From NCBI GenBank assembly GCA_951406725.2, contig CATOCA020000001.1, positions 4,464,001 through 4,528,000 of the forward strand: a stretch of 64,000 nt of DNA, in the 5' to 3' direction. The number at the start of each line of letters is the position of its first letter. Within the stretch, counting starts at the first letter, position 1. The notes below the pieces were generated by a model. It had not been told where the DNA came from, searched no databases, and worked only from the letters and a program-made list of their open reading frames with translations. Both the position numbers and the translations under genes were made by a program. Shown piece by piece: positions 1-12,755 of the stretch. This DNA comes from Octopus vulgaris. Its lineage: Eukaryota.

Positions 1-1
1 G

Positions 2-689
<688 letters not shown>

Positions 690-789
690 NNNNNNNNNNN
701 NNNNNNNNNNNNNNNNNNNNNNNNNNNNNNNNNNNNNNNNNNNNNNNNNNNNNNNNNNNNNNNNNNNNNNNNNNNNNNNNNNNNNNNNN
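690..789. other. Assembly gap (100 N)
   Basis: Exactly 100 N, typical of a scaffolding join of unknown size; flanks need not be adjacent or co-oriented. Confidence 0.99.
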
Positions 790-860
790 AAAAAGAAACA
801 AACATTATTGAAAACGTAAAAGAAACAGATTTGGATATTCCAGATCCAATGGGGACTTAC

Positions 861-1015
861 CTCCGAACTGCCTTATGCAGTGGTGTGTCTCCCTTTTCGT
901 CCACCACATTGGCATCGATGCCATTGTGACCCAACAACAGCTTGACAATGTGCAAGGATCCCCACCAACAGGCCCGGTGCAGCGGTGTTTGACCATCTTC
1001 ATTTCGAGGATTCAC
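861..1015 (-). CDS. Ankyrin-repeat protein, coding exon 4 (gene continues into gap)
   Basis: tttatcag|GTG acceptor and AG|gtaagt donor; 155 bp, phase 0 to 2; VNPRNEDGQTPLHRACWWGSLHIVKLLLGHNGIDANVVDEKGDTPLHKAVR carries two TPLH ankyrin motifs. Confidence 0.92.
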
Positions 1016-1350
1016 CTGATAAAGAAAAGTATAAAAACATTAAAAATGGTGTCTGAAAGGGGAGTCGGGTGGTGAAGAATTAAAAGAAAAACTCACAGAA
1101 AAAGAGAAGAGAAGGAATGAAATTAATTAAACAGGTGGAATGATTGGGGTGGGGAGTAGTTAATGGAGATTTCTATTGTATATACACACACGCGTATACA
1201 CACATACATATGTACATATAAATATATTTATATACATACACACACAAACACACGCATATAGGATGAATAACTCAATAAATAAACACATAGAGCAGCAAAA
1301 TGTGTGTGTGTGTGTGTTCGCGTGTGTGTGTGTGTTCATAGTTACATTTA

Positions 1351-1835
1351 TTCTTTTATTCTTGCATTTGTGTCAGTCATGTGACTGTGGCCATGCTGGA
1401 GCACTGTCGTTAGTCGAGCAAATCGACCCCAGTAAGCCTAGTACTTATTTTATTCGTTTCTTTTGCAGAAACGCTAGTTTACGGGGACGTAAACACACCA
1501 GCATCGGTTGTCAAGCGATGTTGGGGGACAAACACAGACACACAAACACACGCACATACACACAGAGACACATAACACACACACACATACACAAACTCAT
1601 ATGTATATATATATATATGTACACACACACTCACACATATATAGATTTATACATATTTATATATATATACATACGACGAGCTTCTTTCAGTCTCCATCTA
1701 CCAAATCCACTCACAAGGTTTGCTCAGCCTGGGGCTATAGCAGAAGACACTTGTACATTTTGCCATGCAGTGAAAATGAACCGGGAACCATGTGGTTGGT
1801 AAGCAAGTTACTTACCACACAGCCACACCTGCGCC
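1351..1835 (-). mobile_element. tRNA-derived SINE, family A (GGCGCAGGAGTGGCTGTGTGGTAAG head)
   Basis: Matches the many other copies in the window: head with A/B-box-like motifs, internal (TA/TG)n, tail CAGTCAAATGACTGAAACAAG. Confidence 0.85.
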
Positions 1836-1840
1836 TCTCT

Positions 1841-1910
<70 letters not shown>

Positions 1911-1914
1911 AGAT

Positions 1915-2308
1915 CTTTTTTACTCTTTTGCTTGTTTCCATCATTTGACTGTGGCCATGCTGGAGCACCGCATTTAGTCGAGGAAATTGCCACCAGGACT
2001 TATTATTTGTAAGTCTAGTACTCATTCTATCGATCTCTTTGCCGAACCGCTAAGTTACGGGAGCGTAAGCACACCAGCATCGGTTGTCAAGCGATGGTGG
2101 GGAACAAAGACGCACACTCAAACACACATATATATATACATATATATAACGGGCTTCTTCCAGTTTCCGTCTACCAAATCCACTCACAAGGCTTTGGTCG
2201 GCCCGAGGCTATAGTACAAGACACTTGCCCAAGGTGCCACTAAGAGGGACTGAACCCGGAACCATGTTGTTTATAAGCAATCTACTTACCACACAGCCAT
2301 CCCTGTAC

Positions 2309-2309
<1 letters not shown>
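1915..2309 (-). mobile_element. SINE family A
   Basis: Near full-length copy by similarity to 21703-22140. Confidence 0.88.
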
Positions 2310-2360
<51 letters not shown>

Positions 2361-2592
2361 TGTTGCATGTTCCTCATGAAGCTTTTTAATATAAATATTT
2401 CTTAATGAAATTTTCTGAAAATCCATCCCTTTCAATGTCTTAATCAACAATTATCTCTGGAGTTGTGATTGGTTTGAATCTAATCAAATGCTTCCGTTTT
2501 CTCAACATAATAGTCATCGAAAATCAATGATTATCATTAAAAAGTAGGAAACACAAGAAAGTTATGGGGAAAAAATACGTGGGCTCAGGAAG

Positions 2593-2633
<41 letters not shown>

Positions 2634-2648
2634 ACATACTCATATATA

Positions 2649-2693
<45 letters not shown>

Positions 2694-2695
<2 letters not shown>

Positions 2696-3004
2696 GAGCA
2701 CTCCGTCAGTGACGACGACGAGGTTCCCCGCTGATCTGATCAACGGAACAGCCTGCTCATGAAATTAACGTGCAAGTGACTGACCAATCCACAGACACGT
2801 GTATCTCAGGGAGATTCAGCGTGACACAGAGTGTGACAAGGCAGACCCTTTGAAATACAGGTACAACTCATTTTTGCCAGCTGAGTGGACTGGAGCAACG
2901 TGAAATAAAGTGTCTTGCTCAAGGACACAACGCGTCGCCGGGAATCGAACTCACAACCTTACGATCGTGAGCCGATTGCCCTAACCACTTAGCCACGTGC
3001 CTTC
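2694..3004 (-). mobile_element. tRNA-derived SINE, family C (GGCGCGTGGCTTAGTGGTTAGG head)
   Basis: Head TGGCTAAGTGGTTAGG...GAGTTCGATTCCC (A/B boxes), tail ending GACGGAGTGCTCC; between (TA)n tracts. Confidence 0.85.
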
Positions 3005-3385
3005 ACTTATATATATATATATATATATATATACATACTAATATAGGATGAAGTTTTTTTTACAGAAAAAATATTCCATAAAAAAATGTGGCAGCATATT
3101 AAAATAACTTTACAGTTAAATTATAAACAACTTATAAATAAGGGCTAAAGAAAAGTATTTCAAAGCCAATTTGCTGATAAGAGACTTTTAAATCGTCAAT
3201 TTCCACATATTATTTACTCGCTACAGAAAAAAAAACACGAAGAACTGAAACCGGGAGAAGCCGGACGATAGAATGTTTTTTAAAAAGTTCGTTATTTCTA
3301 TATTGAATCAATTTCGAAATTAATCTCATAATAGATTCTTTCGTCTTCAGTAGAACATACGAAAGGATATAAATAAGATACTTAC

Positions 3386-3431
3386 CTCACTGCCCCGAGA
3401 TAGTAAGATCTCCACAGGATGAGGTCGACCA
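3386..3431 (-). CDS. Ankyrin-repeat protein, coding exon 3
   Basis: ctctcag|T acceptor and GAG|gtaagt donor; 46 bp, phase 2 to 0; encodes (G)GRPHPVEILLSRGSE and bridges exons 2 and 4 in frame. Confidence 0.88.
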
Positions 3432-3504
3432 CTGAGAGTAAAAGATAGAAACATTGACTAATTTACATTAAATATGAAAATATTTTGGCTTTGAGACGAA
3501 ACAT

Positions 3505-3968
3505 TATCGTCATCATCATCATCATCATTATCACCTGCACTATTATCATCAATATCGTGTTCATCAACATCATTACCATCATCATCATTGCCACCACCTC
3601 CATCATTGACAAAATCATCATCATCATCATCGCCATCATCATCATCGCCATCATCGCCATCATCATCATCGCCATCATCATCATCACCATCTTCATCACC
3701 TGCACTATTATCATCAATATCATGTTCATCAACATCATTACCATCATCATCATTGCCACCACCTCCATCATTGACATAATCATCATCATCATCATCATCA
3801 TCAAAGCCTTCATCATCATCACCCTCATTGCCAACACCATCATCATCATTAACATCTTCGACATCTCCAATATCATCATAATCAATATTATCATCATTCA
3901 TTACTACTATAATCATAATCATCATCATCATCAACACCATCATCAACAGCAAGATCAACCTCATTAAT

Positions 3969-4019
<51 letters not shown>

Positions 4020-4202
4020 GTCATCATCATCGTCATCGTCATCATCGCATCTATCATCATCATCAACAGCAAGATCAACCTCTATCATCATCATCATCAT
4101 CATCATCATCATAATAATAACATCATTATCATCATAATAATTACATCATAATCATCATCATCATCGTCATCATCACGATAATCATCATAATAATCATTGT
4201 CG

Positions 4203-4233
<31 letters not shown>

Positions 4234-4725
4234 TATTATCAACATCTTCATCATCTTCATCATCGTCGTTATCATCATCATCATCATGGTCGTCATCATC
4301 ATAATCATCATCATCATCATCACCATCACCATCATCAGCTTCATCATCGTGGTTATCATCAACATCATAATCATCATCATCATCATCATCAACACCATCA
4401 TCATCATCAGCTTCATCATCGTGGTTATCATCGTCATCATCATAATCATCATCATCATCGTCGTCATCATCATCATTCATCGCCACTATAATTATAATCA
4501 TCATCATCGGCATAATCACAGTCATCCTCATCATCGTCGTTATCATCATCAGCAGCAGCAGCATCATCATCACCATCATCATCATCATCATCATCATCAC
4601 CATCATCGCCTCCATCATCATCATCATCAACATCAACAACACCATCATCATGATCGACATCATCAATACCGTCATCGTCATCATCATCGCCGTTATCATC
4701 ATCATCATCGGGATTGTTATGATTG
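3505..4725. repeat. Degenerate (CAT)n/(ATG)n trinucleotide array (intronic)
   Basis: Direct reading; contains internally duplicated blocks (e.g. CACCTGCACTATTATCATCAATATC at ~3532 and ~3697). Confidence 0.97.
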
Positions 4726-4911
4726 AATAATGACTAATGACTTAGATCGATGACTAAAGAGAAGCTTGTTGTTGTTGTTGTTGTTTGCTAGTCTGCTGTT
4801 GTGATGTTGTCCCACAACTCTGGCCTGTTTGGATATTGAACCTGTGTCTGCAATTGCAACAAATTTACAAACAAAAACACATCTGCAGATTTTACTTGAT
4901 TCTCAACTTAC

Positions 4912-5069
4912 CCAAACACAGCCAAATGCAAAGCTGTCTCACCCCATCTGTTTTTCGCTCCTAACTTCGCACCAGCTTTTATCAAAATGTCGATGATTCT
5001 TCTATCGGCGCCCTTATAACAGGCAAACATTAAAGGAGTTCGTCCATCTCCATCAATAGGTTTATTAAT
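4912..5069 (-). CDS. Ankyrin-repeat protein, coding exon 2
   Basis: cattacag|ATT acceptor and GG|gtaagt donor; 158 bp, phase 0 to 2; INKPIDGDGRTPLMFACYKGADRRIIDILIKAGAKLGAKNRWGETALHLAVFG. Confidence 0.92.
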
Positions 5070-5111
5070 CTGTAATGAAGAAAGTGAGGACATGTGAAAT
5101 AGAGAAATTCC

Positions 5112-7920
5112 ATTTTCTCTCTCTCTCTCTCTCTCTCTCTCTTTTCTCTCTTTGTCTCTCACTCTCTTTCTCGTTTTCTTTCCTCTTTCTCTCCTTCATT
5201 CTCTCTCTATCTCCCTCTTTCATTTCTCTCCTTCTCTTTCTTTTCTCACTTTCTCTCTCTTTCCCCTTTTTCTCTCTCTTTCTTTCTTTCTCCTCTCTCC
5301 GTGTCTCTTTTACTCTCTCTCTCACTGTTCTCTCTTTGTCTCTCACTCTCTTTCTCGTTTTCTTTCCTCTTTCTCTCCTTCTTTCTCTCTCTATCTCCCT
5401 CTTTCATTTCTATCCTTCTCTTTCTTTTCTCACATTCTCTCTCTTTACCCTTTTTCTCTCTCTCTTTCTTTCTCCTCTTTCCGTGTCACTTTTACTCTCT
5501 CTCTCTTTTGTCTCTTTGTCTCTCACTCTCTTTCTCTCCTTCTTTCTCTCTCTATCTCCCTCTTTCATTTCTATCCTTCTCTTTCATTTCTCACTTTCTC
5601 TCTCTTTCCCCTTTTTCTTTCTCTCTTTCTTTCTCCTCTCTCCGTGTCTCTTTTACTCTCTCTCTCTCTCTGTTCTCTCTTTGTCTCTCACTCTCTTTCT
5701 CGTTTTCTTTCCTCTTTCTCTCCTTCTTTCTCTCTCTATCCGCCTCTTTCATTTCTTTCATTCTCTTTCTTTTCTCACTTTCCCTCTCTTTCCCTTCTCC
5801 TTCTCTGTCTTTATTTCTCTTTCTCTCTCCCTCTCTCTTCTTTTCTCTCTTTCCCATTTTCCTCTCCTCTCTTTCTCTCTCGTTTCCTTCCTCTTTCTCT
5901 TTTTCTTTTTTCTCTTATCTTTCTCTTTCTCTATTTCTCAATTTCTCTCTTTCTCTCTCCGTATCTCTCTCGCTTTCATTTCTTTCTCTTTCCCTTTTTC
6001 TTCTCTCTCTTTCTTTCTCCCTCTCTCTTCTTCCTCTATTTCCCTCTCTCTCATTCGTTTCTCTCTTTTTCCATTTTACTTTTCTCTGTTTCTCTCTTTT
6101 TCTTTCTCTTTCTCTCTTTTTCCATTTCTCTTTCTTTATCTCTCTCTCTCTATTACTTTCCTCTCTTTCTTTCTCTCTCTATCTCCTTCACTTCTTCTTT
6201 TCTCTCTTTCACCCAAACTTTTTTTTTCTTCTCTCTTTCTCTTTTACTTTTATCTCTTTCTCTCTCTTTCTTTCTGTGCTTCTCGTTGCCTTTTCTCTCA
6301 TTCACCCTCTTTCTCTTTTAGTTGTCTCTCTTTCTTTGATGTCCTTTCTCTCTCCCTTTCCTCTCACTTCTTCATTCATTCTCTCACATTTGCTTTTCTA
6401 TCTTTCTCTCTCTATGTCTCTTACCCTTTGTTTTCTCTTTCTCTCCCTTCCCTTCCCCTCCCTCTATTTTCTATCTTTCTTCCTCTCTCTCTATTTCCCA
6501 CTCTATTTTCTTTCCTATATTCCCCTCTTTCCATCTCTGTTTCCTTTCTCTCTCTATCTCTTTCTTTTCTCTCTTTCGCTCGTTTTCTTTGTCTGTTCTC
6601 TCTTACTCTCACATTTCTTCATTCTCTCTCTCTTTCTTGTTCTCGTTTCTTTTCTCTCTCTTTCTTTTCTCGCTCTCTCGCTTTTTTCTCCTTCTTTCTC
6701 CCTCTCGTTTTCTTTTTCATCCTTCTTCCTCTCTCTCACTCATTCATTTCTCACTTTCTTCCTCTCCTTTCTTTTTCTCTCTCTTTCTTTCCTCGCTCTC
6801 TCACATTTTCTCTTTCTTTCTCCCTCTCCTTTTCTTTTTATCCTTCTTCCTCTCTCTCACTCTTTCATTTCTCTCTTCCTTCCTCTCGTTTCATTTTCTC
6901 TCTCTTTCTTTTCTCGCTCTCTCGCTTTTTTCTCCTTCTTTCTCCCTCTCGTTTTCTTTTTATCCTTCTTCCTCTCTCTCACACTTATTTCTCTCTCTCT
7001 TCCTCTCGTTTCTTTTTCTCTCTCTTTCTTTTCTCGATCTCTCGCTTTTATCTCCTTCTCCCTCCCTCTCGTTTTCTTTTTATCCTTCTTCCTCTCTCTC
7101 ACTCTTTCATTTCTCTCTTTCTTCCTCTCGTTTCTTTTTCTTTCTCTCTTTCTTTTCTCGCTTCTCGCTTTTTTCTCCTTCTTTCTCCCTCTCGTTTTCT
7201 TTTTATCCTTCTTCCTCTCTCTCACTCTTTCATTTCTCTCTTTCTTCCTCTCGTTTCTTTTTCTTTCTCTCTTTCTTTTCTCGCTTCTCGCTTTTTTCTC
7301 CTTCTTTCTCCCTCTCGTTTTCTTTTTATCCTTCTTCCTCTCTCTCACTCTTTCATTTCTCTATTTCTTCCTCTCGTTTCTTTTTCTTTCTCTCTTTCTT
7401 TTCTCGCTTCTCGCTTTTTTCTCCTTCTTTCTCCCTCTCGTTTTCTTTTTATCTCACTCTTTCAATTCTCTCTTTCTTCCTCTTGTTTCTTTTTCTCTCT
7501 CTTTCTTTTCTCGCTCTCTCGCTTTTTTCTCCTTCTTTCTCCCTCTCGTTTTCTTTTTATCCTTCTTCCTCTCTCTCACTCTTTCATTTCTCTCTTTCTT
7601 CCTCTCGTTTCTTTTTCTCTCTCTTTCTTTTCTCGCTCTCTCATTTTTTCTCCTTCTTTCTCCCTCTCGTTTTATTTTTATCCTTCTTCCTCTCTCTCAC
7701 TCTTTCATTTCTCTCTTTCTTTCTCTCGTTCCTTTTTCTCTCTCTCTTTCTTTCCTCTCTTGTTTTTCTTTTTTCAATCTCATTCTCTTTATCTTTTCTC
7801 TCCCTCTTTCTCTGTTTCGTTTCTCTTTTTGTCTTCTCTATAATTCTCTCTCAATTTTCCTTTTCTTTCTTCTATTTTTCTATTCCTCTCTTCTTTTTTC
7901 TCTTTCTTTTTCTTTCTCTC
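5112..7920. repeat. 2.8-kb polypyrimidine (CT-rich) tract with cryptic ~120-bp tandem units
   Basis: Almost exclusively C/T on +; the unit CCCTCTCGTTTTCTTTTTATCCTTCTTCCTCTCTCTCACTC recurs at ~120-123-bp spacing from ~6690 to 7700. Confidence 0.95.
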
Positions 7921-8137
7921 TTGTACTTGTTTCAGTCATGAGACTTCGGCCATGCTGGGGTTCCTCCTCGGTTTTGTCTTTTATGTGTGGTACCTTTCCT
8001 GTTTATTTAGCACCAACCTATAGCTCTCTTTTGCTTCAGGGCTAAGTAACAGGGATGCAAATACACCAACACCGCTTATCAATTACCAGTTAGGGACACA
8101 CTCTAGCATAGATACACAAGCATACATACACACACAA

Positions 8138-8168
<31 letters not shown>

Positions 8169-8189
8169 CGAGTTAATAACACCTGTAAG

Positions 8190-9540
8190 GATGTGTTTTA
8201 TTTATTCACCAAAGCGAATGGAGCCTGCAGAAAGCTCTTATATCTGTCACACTTCCGTTCATGGGCCTTGTTATAACCCGCTCCCTACGTGACTGTTCGT
8301 TGAATTATGATAATTTTCTGGGCCTTTTCAGGCCACAGAACCACATCAGTCCTCAGTGTTGTATGGATAACCTGGGGAAACTGCAATCTTTTCCCTAAGT
8401 CTACCTTCATATCCCATGGTTGAGACCCTTGCAGCAAGCTGTGTATTGCTTTTGCTGGCTTTACTGGTTTCTGTCCCTCTTTCACGAACTTAATTGCGGC
8501 AGTTATCTTCCCTTGGTGATGATGTTTCTCACACCTTTACTGCTCCAGGGTGTGAGCAAGTATTTGTATCTGCCCTGAGAAAGTGTTATTCTGCACCCTA
8601 CCAGGATGTGTGCCAGAGTGCCCCTTTCCCACAAAGTCTACACAGCTGGTCTTCCCTCAAACCCTATTTGTACAGGTTTGTTGGCGTCGGGAGTGTGTCA
8701 TACATCGCTCCAGGAAGGAAGGAGATGTGCAAAGGCTCCAGCCTCCACAGGTCAGTCCATGTGAGCTTTCTCTCAGGGAGATCCCATTTAGTCCATGCAC
8801 TCAGAGATATCAACTCCACAGCTCTTGATTTCCTTTTATCTTCCTCCTGGTACCGAACCGCTGTCTCGGTCATAGCCCGCCTCTTCCTGGTGTCTGCTTT
8901 CTTCCATTTTTGGAAATAGAAAGAGCCAAGTCCCTGGCGACACCAACATGTAGCTCCAATTATGGCGCGTAGCTCCAGCATGCCTTCAGCCGGAGCGACA
9001 GCAGTGCTAGTTACCCACACCTTGTGGTAATACCTGCATGTCTGACAAGCTCGTCCTTAGACACTCTGTACATCATTACATTACATTTTGCTACTTTAAA
9101 TTCCTCCATTAAATACGACAGGGGAAGTTTTAGCCTTCCAGAACTTATGGACAGGCCTACTGAAGTGAAGCTTGGGAAACTCCTAGCAATCTTCGGAGGT
9201 ATTTAGTTATCTTTCTCTCCACCCTTTCCACACTTGGAACGTCATACAGCGTCAGCAACCATATGAGTCTTGGGAGCATTCTGTGTTGGTAGAGCCATGC
9301 CCTAAACTTTCCTGGAAGCCCTGATCTATCAATCCTCATCCGCCACTCCTCTGCTTGCTTTACAATTTTGGTGACATTGCTTCTCTCTGACAGCGACTTG
9401 TCAAACATCTTTACAAGGCATTTACTAGGATTTACCTCTATTGATGGAATACTCCTAGCACTTGGAGCCTGATTTTGTTTGTTACCTTATTGCCCTCCCT
9501 GATTACCATGCTCCCCGAAATGCTTAGGAAGATGGTTCAA
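8190..9540 (-). mobile_element. Decayed non-LTR retrotransposon with restriction-like endonuclease (HERO/NeSL-like), 3' part
   Basis: Frameshifted fragments: IDRSGLPGKFRAWLYQHRMLPRLIWLL (post-RT), KLTWTDLWRLEPLHISFL..YDTLPTPTNL, a CRLC zinc knuckle, and MKVDLGKRLQFPQVIHTTLRTDVVLW..KIIII (degenerate RPD..E RLE motif). Confidence 0.8.
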
Positions 9541-10885
9541 TTCATGCATAAGCTCAATGAAGAGAAAGAAAACCACTTTTTGTTTGTCACTGAATCTAAT
9601 ACAAAGTAATTATTTGAGACTAGATATCTGTGGGAACTTCTGGATGACACCAACTTCTGTTGAATATGTTCAAAATGTGAAAAAGTGGATACAAATGAAA
9701 GGAAACGATGGGGGAATAAAAACATAAATAAGGCAGTGCTTCATTTTAAATTAAGTGCTTCGTTAGTACTTTGTAGCCATACAAAATGTTAAAAGGTGTG
9801 AGTTGTTCATACACAACTGTATTACATCTGTTTAGACAATATCAACATCATGTGGAGGAAAACACCTACCATCACAAAGTGGCAGACATACACCCACCAT
9901 TGAATTACAGGTATGATGGTCATCAAGAAAATAAAGGATGCTTCTTTCTGCATTTCACCATCTGTCAGCTCTCTTCACTCCTAATTTAAAACCAAGATTT
10001 CTGGTCTCCTACCAACAGAATCTCAATAAATTTAACAGAATCATCCTACTAACTGCTTCATAACCATGATGGTCCTATACTAGGGATTCTCAAACCTTTT
10101 AAATATGGTTTCTTTTCATTTACCAAGGAATTCTCAATGTCCCTTTCCTTGCTACGACTCTATATAACACATAATTAATGTCGTTTCAATTAATACTAGA
10201 TTAGAATAATTTCCCTCTCGATCCTAGTCTTGACATGGGTGACTACTTACCACAGAACCTTCACCAGAATAAGTGAATACTTGATGCTTCACCACTTAGT
10301 TTTCTTTACTGATCCAACCGTTGATACATAGCTTCAGTTAAACTCAGGTACACATTCTTTGTGTTTCATATATACATAACCTCATATGCTATTTTCCCAC
10401 AGCGCCCCGACACATGGGTAGTACTGACCTCACTGGGAAATCCTGCTCAATATTCCTGCAGACAATATCTTATCGAGTGACTACCATCCAGTCATTCTAA
10501 CTTCCAATGTTTCAATTATGAAGTAAAAAGTCACAAACAACCATCATATTTGTCCCTTTAGGTATCTTTCATTATTCAATGCTCACCAGTACAATTTTAT
10601 AAAGCCAGATCAAGAGGGGCTTGGTACCTGTGTGACACACCAGTGTTTTCATATGTTTGACAAAATCTGCATAAAATGGTGTAGCCCTTCACTTCAGTAA
10701 AACCTTCGTCTATGTATGGCAAGAGGACTTCTTTAAAAAGTCACCATTTATCTACGGACTCCATCTGTTTCTCATCTTATCTGAAAATTTCATATCAGAA
10801 TACTCCCTTGCAGTGTGTGATGATGGGTTTCTCTCTCATTCACATTCCATCTACTTTGCCATGCTCAAAATTTGGTCAAGAATAA

Positions 10886-11102
10886 TATTCTTTTCTACTC
10901 AAGGCACAAGGCCTGACATTTTGGGGGAGGGGGCCAGTCGATTAGACCGACCGCAGTAGGCAACTAGTACTTAATATTTCGACCTAGAAAGGATGACAAG
11001 AAAAGTCGACCTCGGCGGAATTTGACCTCAGAACGTAAACACAGACGAAATACTGCTAAACATTTCACCTGGCGTGCTAACGCTTCTGCCATCTCGCTGC
11101 CT
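10886..11102 (-). mobile_element. tRNA-derived SINE, family B (GGCGGCGAGCTGGCAGAAACGTTAGC head)
   Basis: Core TTCTGAGTTCAAATTCCGCCGAGGTCGACTTT shared with many copies; flanked by a TTGGTCAA repeat (possible TSD). Confidence 0.85.
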
Positions 11103-11268
11103 TGGTCAATACTTTTATTATAATATTAATGGCGATTAGAGGAAAGAGATGGAGAAAGAAATGAAATATTATGGAGAAATATATGCAGTTAGTTTGAAGT
11201 TTTCAAATTGCGTATAAAATAATAAAGAAATAGGCAAATTTGAGAAAGCAATAAACAGAACAACTTAC

Positions 11269-11346
11269 TTGGCCTGGCTCCTCCTCAAGTAAGATTTTCA
11301 ATCCTTCCACATCATTGTTTCTAATTTTATTAACGATTGAGGCCAT
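11269..11346 (-). CDS. Ankyrin-repeat protein, first coding exon
   Basis: tttattcag|AAGAC ATG G (acceptor at 11352, GACATGG start context) and CAA|gtaagt donor; 78 coding bp, MASIVNKIRNNDVEGLKILLEEEPGQ; phase 0 joins exon 2. Confidence 0.82.
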
Positions 11347-11908
11347 GTCTTCTGAATAAAAGATGTCAAAAAAAGATTAAAACAGTTTTGAAAAACTAAT
11401 AAAATGAGTTAAACGACAATAAATAGAAATTGATGGTTCTAAAATCTTGCATAAGATAACATTGATATTGTAAACTTCAGTTTATCTAAAGTATTATTCA
11501 TAGCTGAATGTTCTTCTTGACACTAATAAACCTAACAACAGTCATTGTGGTGTGTCTCTAGGCTAGATTACAGATTGACTGGTTACTATTAAACCCTCAA
11601 TATTGGAATGTACAGTCTGTTGATCAGCTACGTAGAGGCAGCGTACATGTTGAGCTATAAATCTGTGGATCATACCCCAGCTACGGTAGAGGGCACTTTA
11701 CATCAAAGACAAACTGATTCTCCAAAGAAAGGTAACTTTACGAAAAATAGTAAAAGAATCAATGAAACCAAGTTTGTTCAATAAAACCTCCTGTATTGAT
11801 CTTTGTCGAAACACTAGCAAAGTAGATGAGATCGAATCAGAAACTATCAACAAGTGCTTACTTTATAGATTTTTGCAAATATCTTTATAAAATCATTTAA
11901 TAAATTTC

Positions 11909-11944
<36 letters not shown>

Positions 11945-12168
11945 TCACCATCACCATGTAACGTCCATGTTTCATCCATTTATGAGTAAGATGGATGGCA
12001 GGAGTCGGCCGGGTACCCTGGGCTACTGTCTATTTTGGCAGGGATTTTACAGCTGGATGCCCTTCCAAACGCCAACCACCAGTTTTGTCCCACTGTATGA
12101 CACCTTGGGCAAGTACCCAGTGAAAGAACTGCCAAAATGAAGTGTTTGTGTGGGTGTGTGTGTGTACC

Positions 12169-12217
<49 letters not shown>

Positions 12218-12219
<2 letters not shown>

Positions 12220-12629
12220 CTCTTACTCTTTTACTCTTTTACTTGTTTCAGTCATTTGACTGCGGCCATGCTGGAGCACCGCCTTTAGTCGAGCAAATCG
12301 ACCCCGGGACTTATTCTTTGTAAGCCCAGTACTTATTCAATCGGTGTCTTTTGCCGAACCGCTAAGTGACGGTAACATAAACACACCAGCATCGGTTGTT
12401 AAGAAATGCTTGGGGGACAAACACAGACACACAAACACACACACATATATATTTATATATATATATGCGACAGGCTTCTTTCAGTTTCCGTCTACCAAAT
12501 CCACTCACAAGGCATTGGTCGGAACGGGGCTATAGCAGAAGACACTGGCCCAAGATGCCACGCAGTGGGACTGAACCCGGAACCATGTGATTGGTTAGTA
12601 AACTACTTACCACACAGCCACTTGTGCGC

Positions 12630-12630
<1 letters not shown>
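12218..12630 (-). mobile_element. SINE family A, full length
   Basis: Complete head-to-tail match between (TA)n tracts. Confidence 0.9.
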
Positions 12631-12704
<74 letters not shown>

Positions 12705-12755
12705 TATATATATATATATATATTATTATATATATATATATAAATATATATATAT

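Noticed and set aside
3458-7941. Long poly-D/M/I/H and S/L/F ORFs (up to 922 aa)
   Set aside because: Stop-free frames from (CAT)n and CT tracts inside ankyrin introns.
9780-10860. Possible additional decayed LINE
   Set aside because: No recognisable protein motif could be read in any frame.
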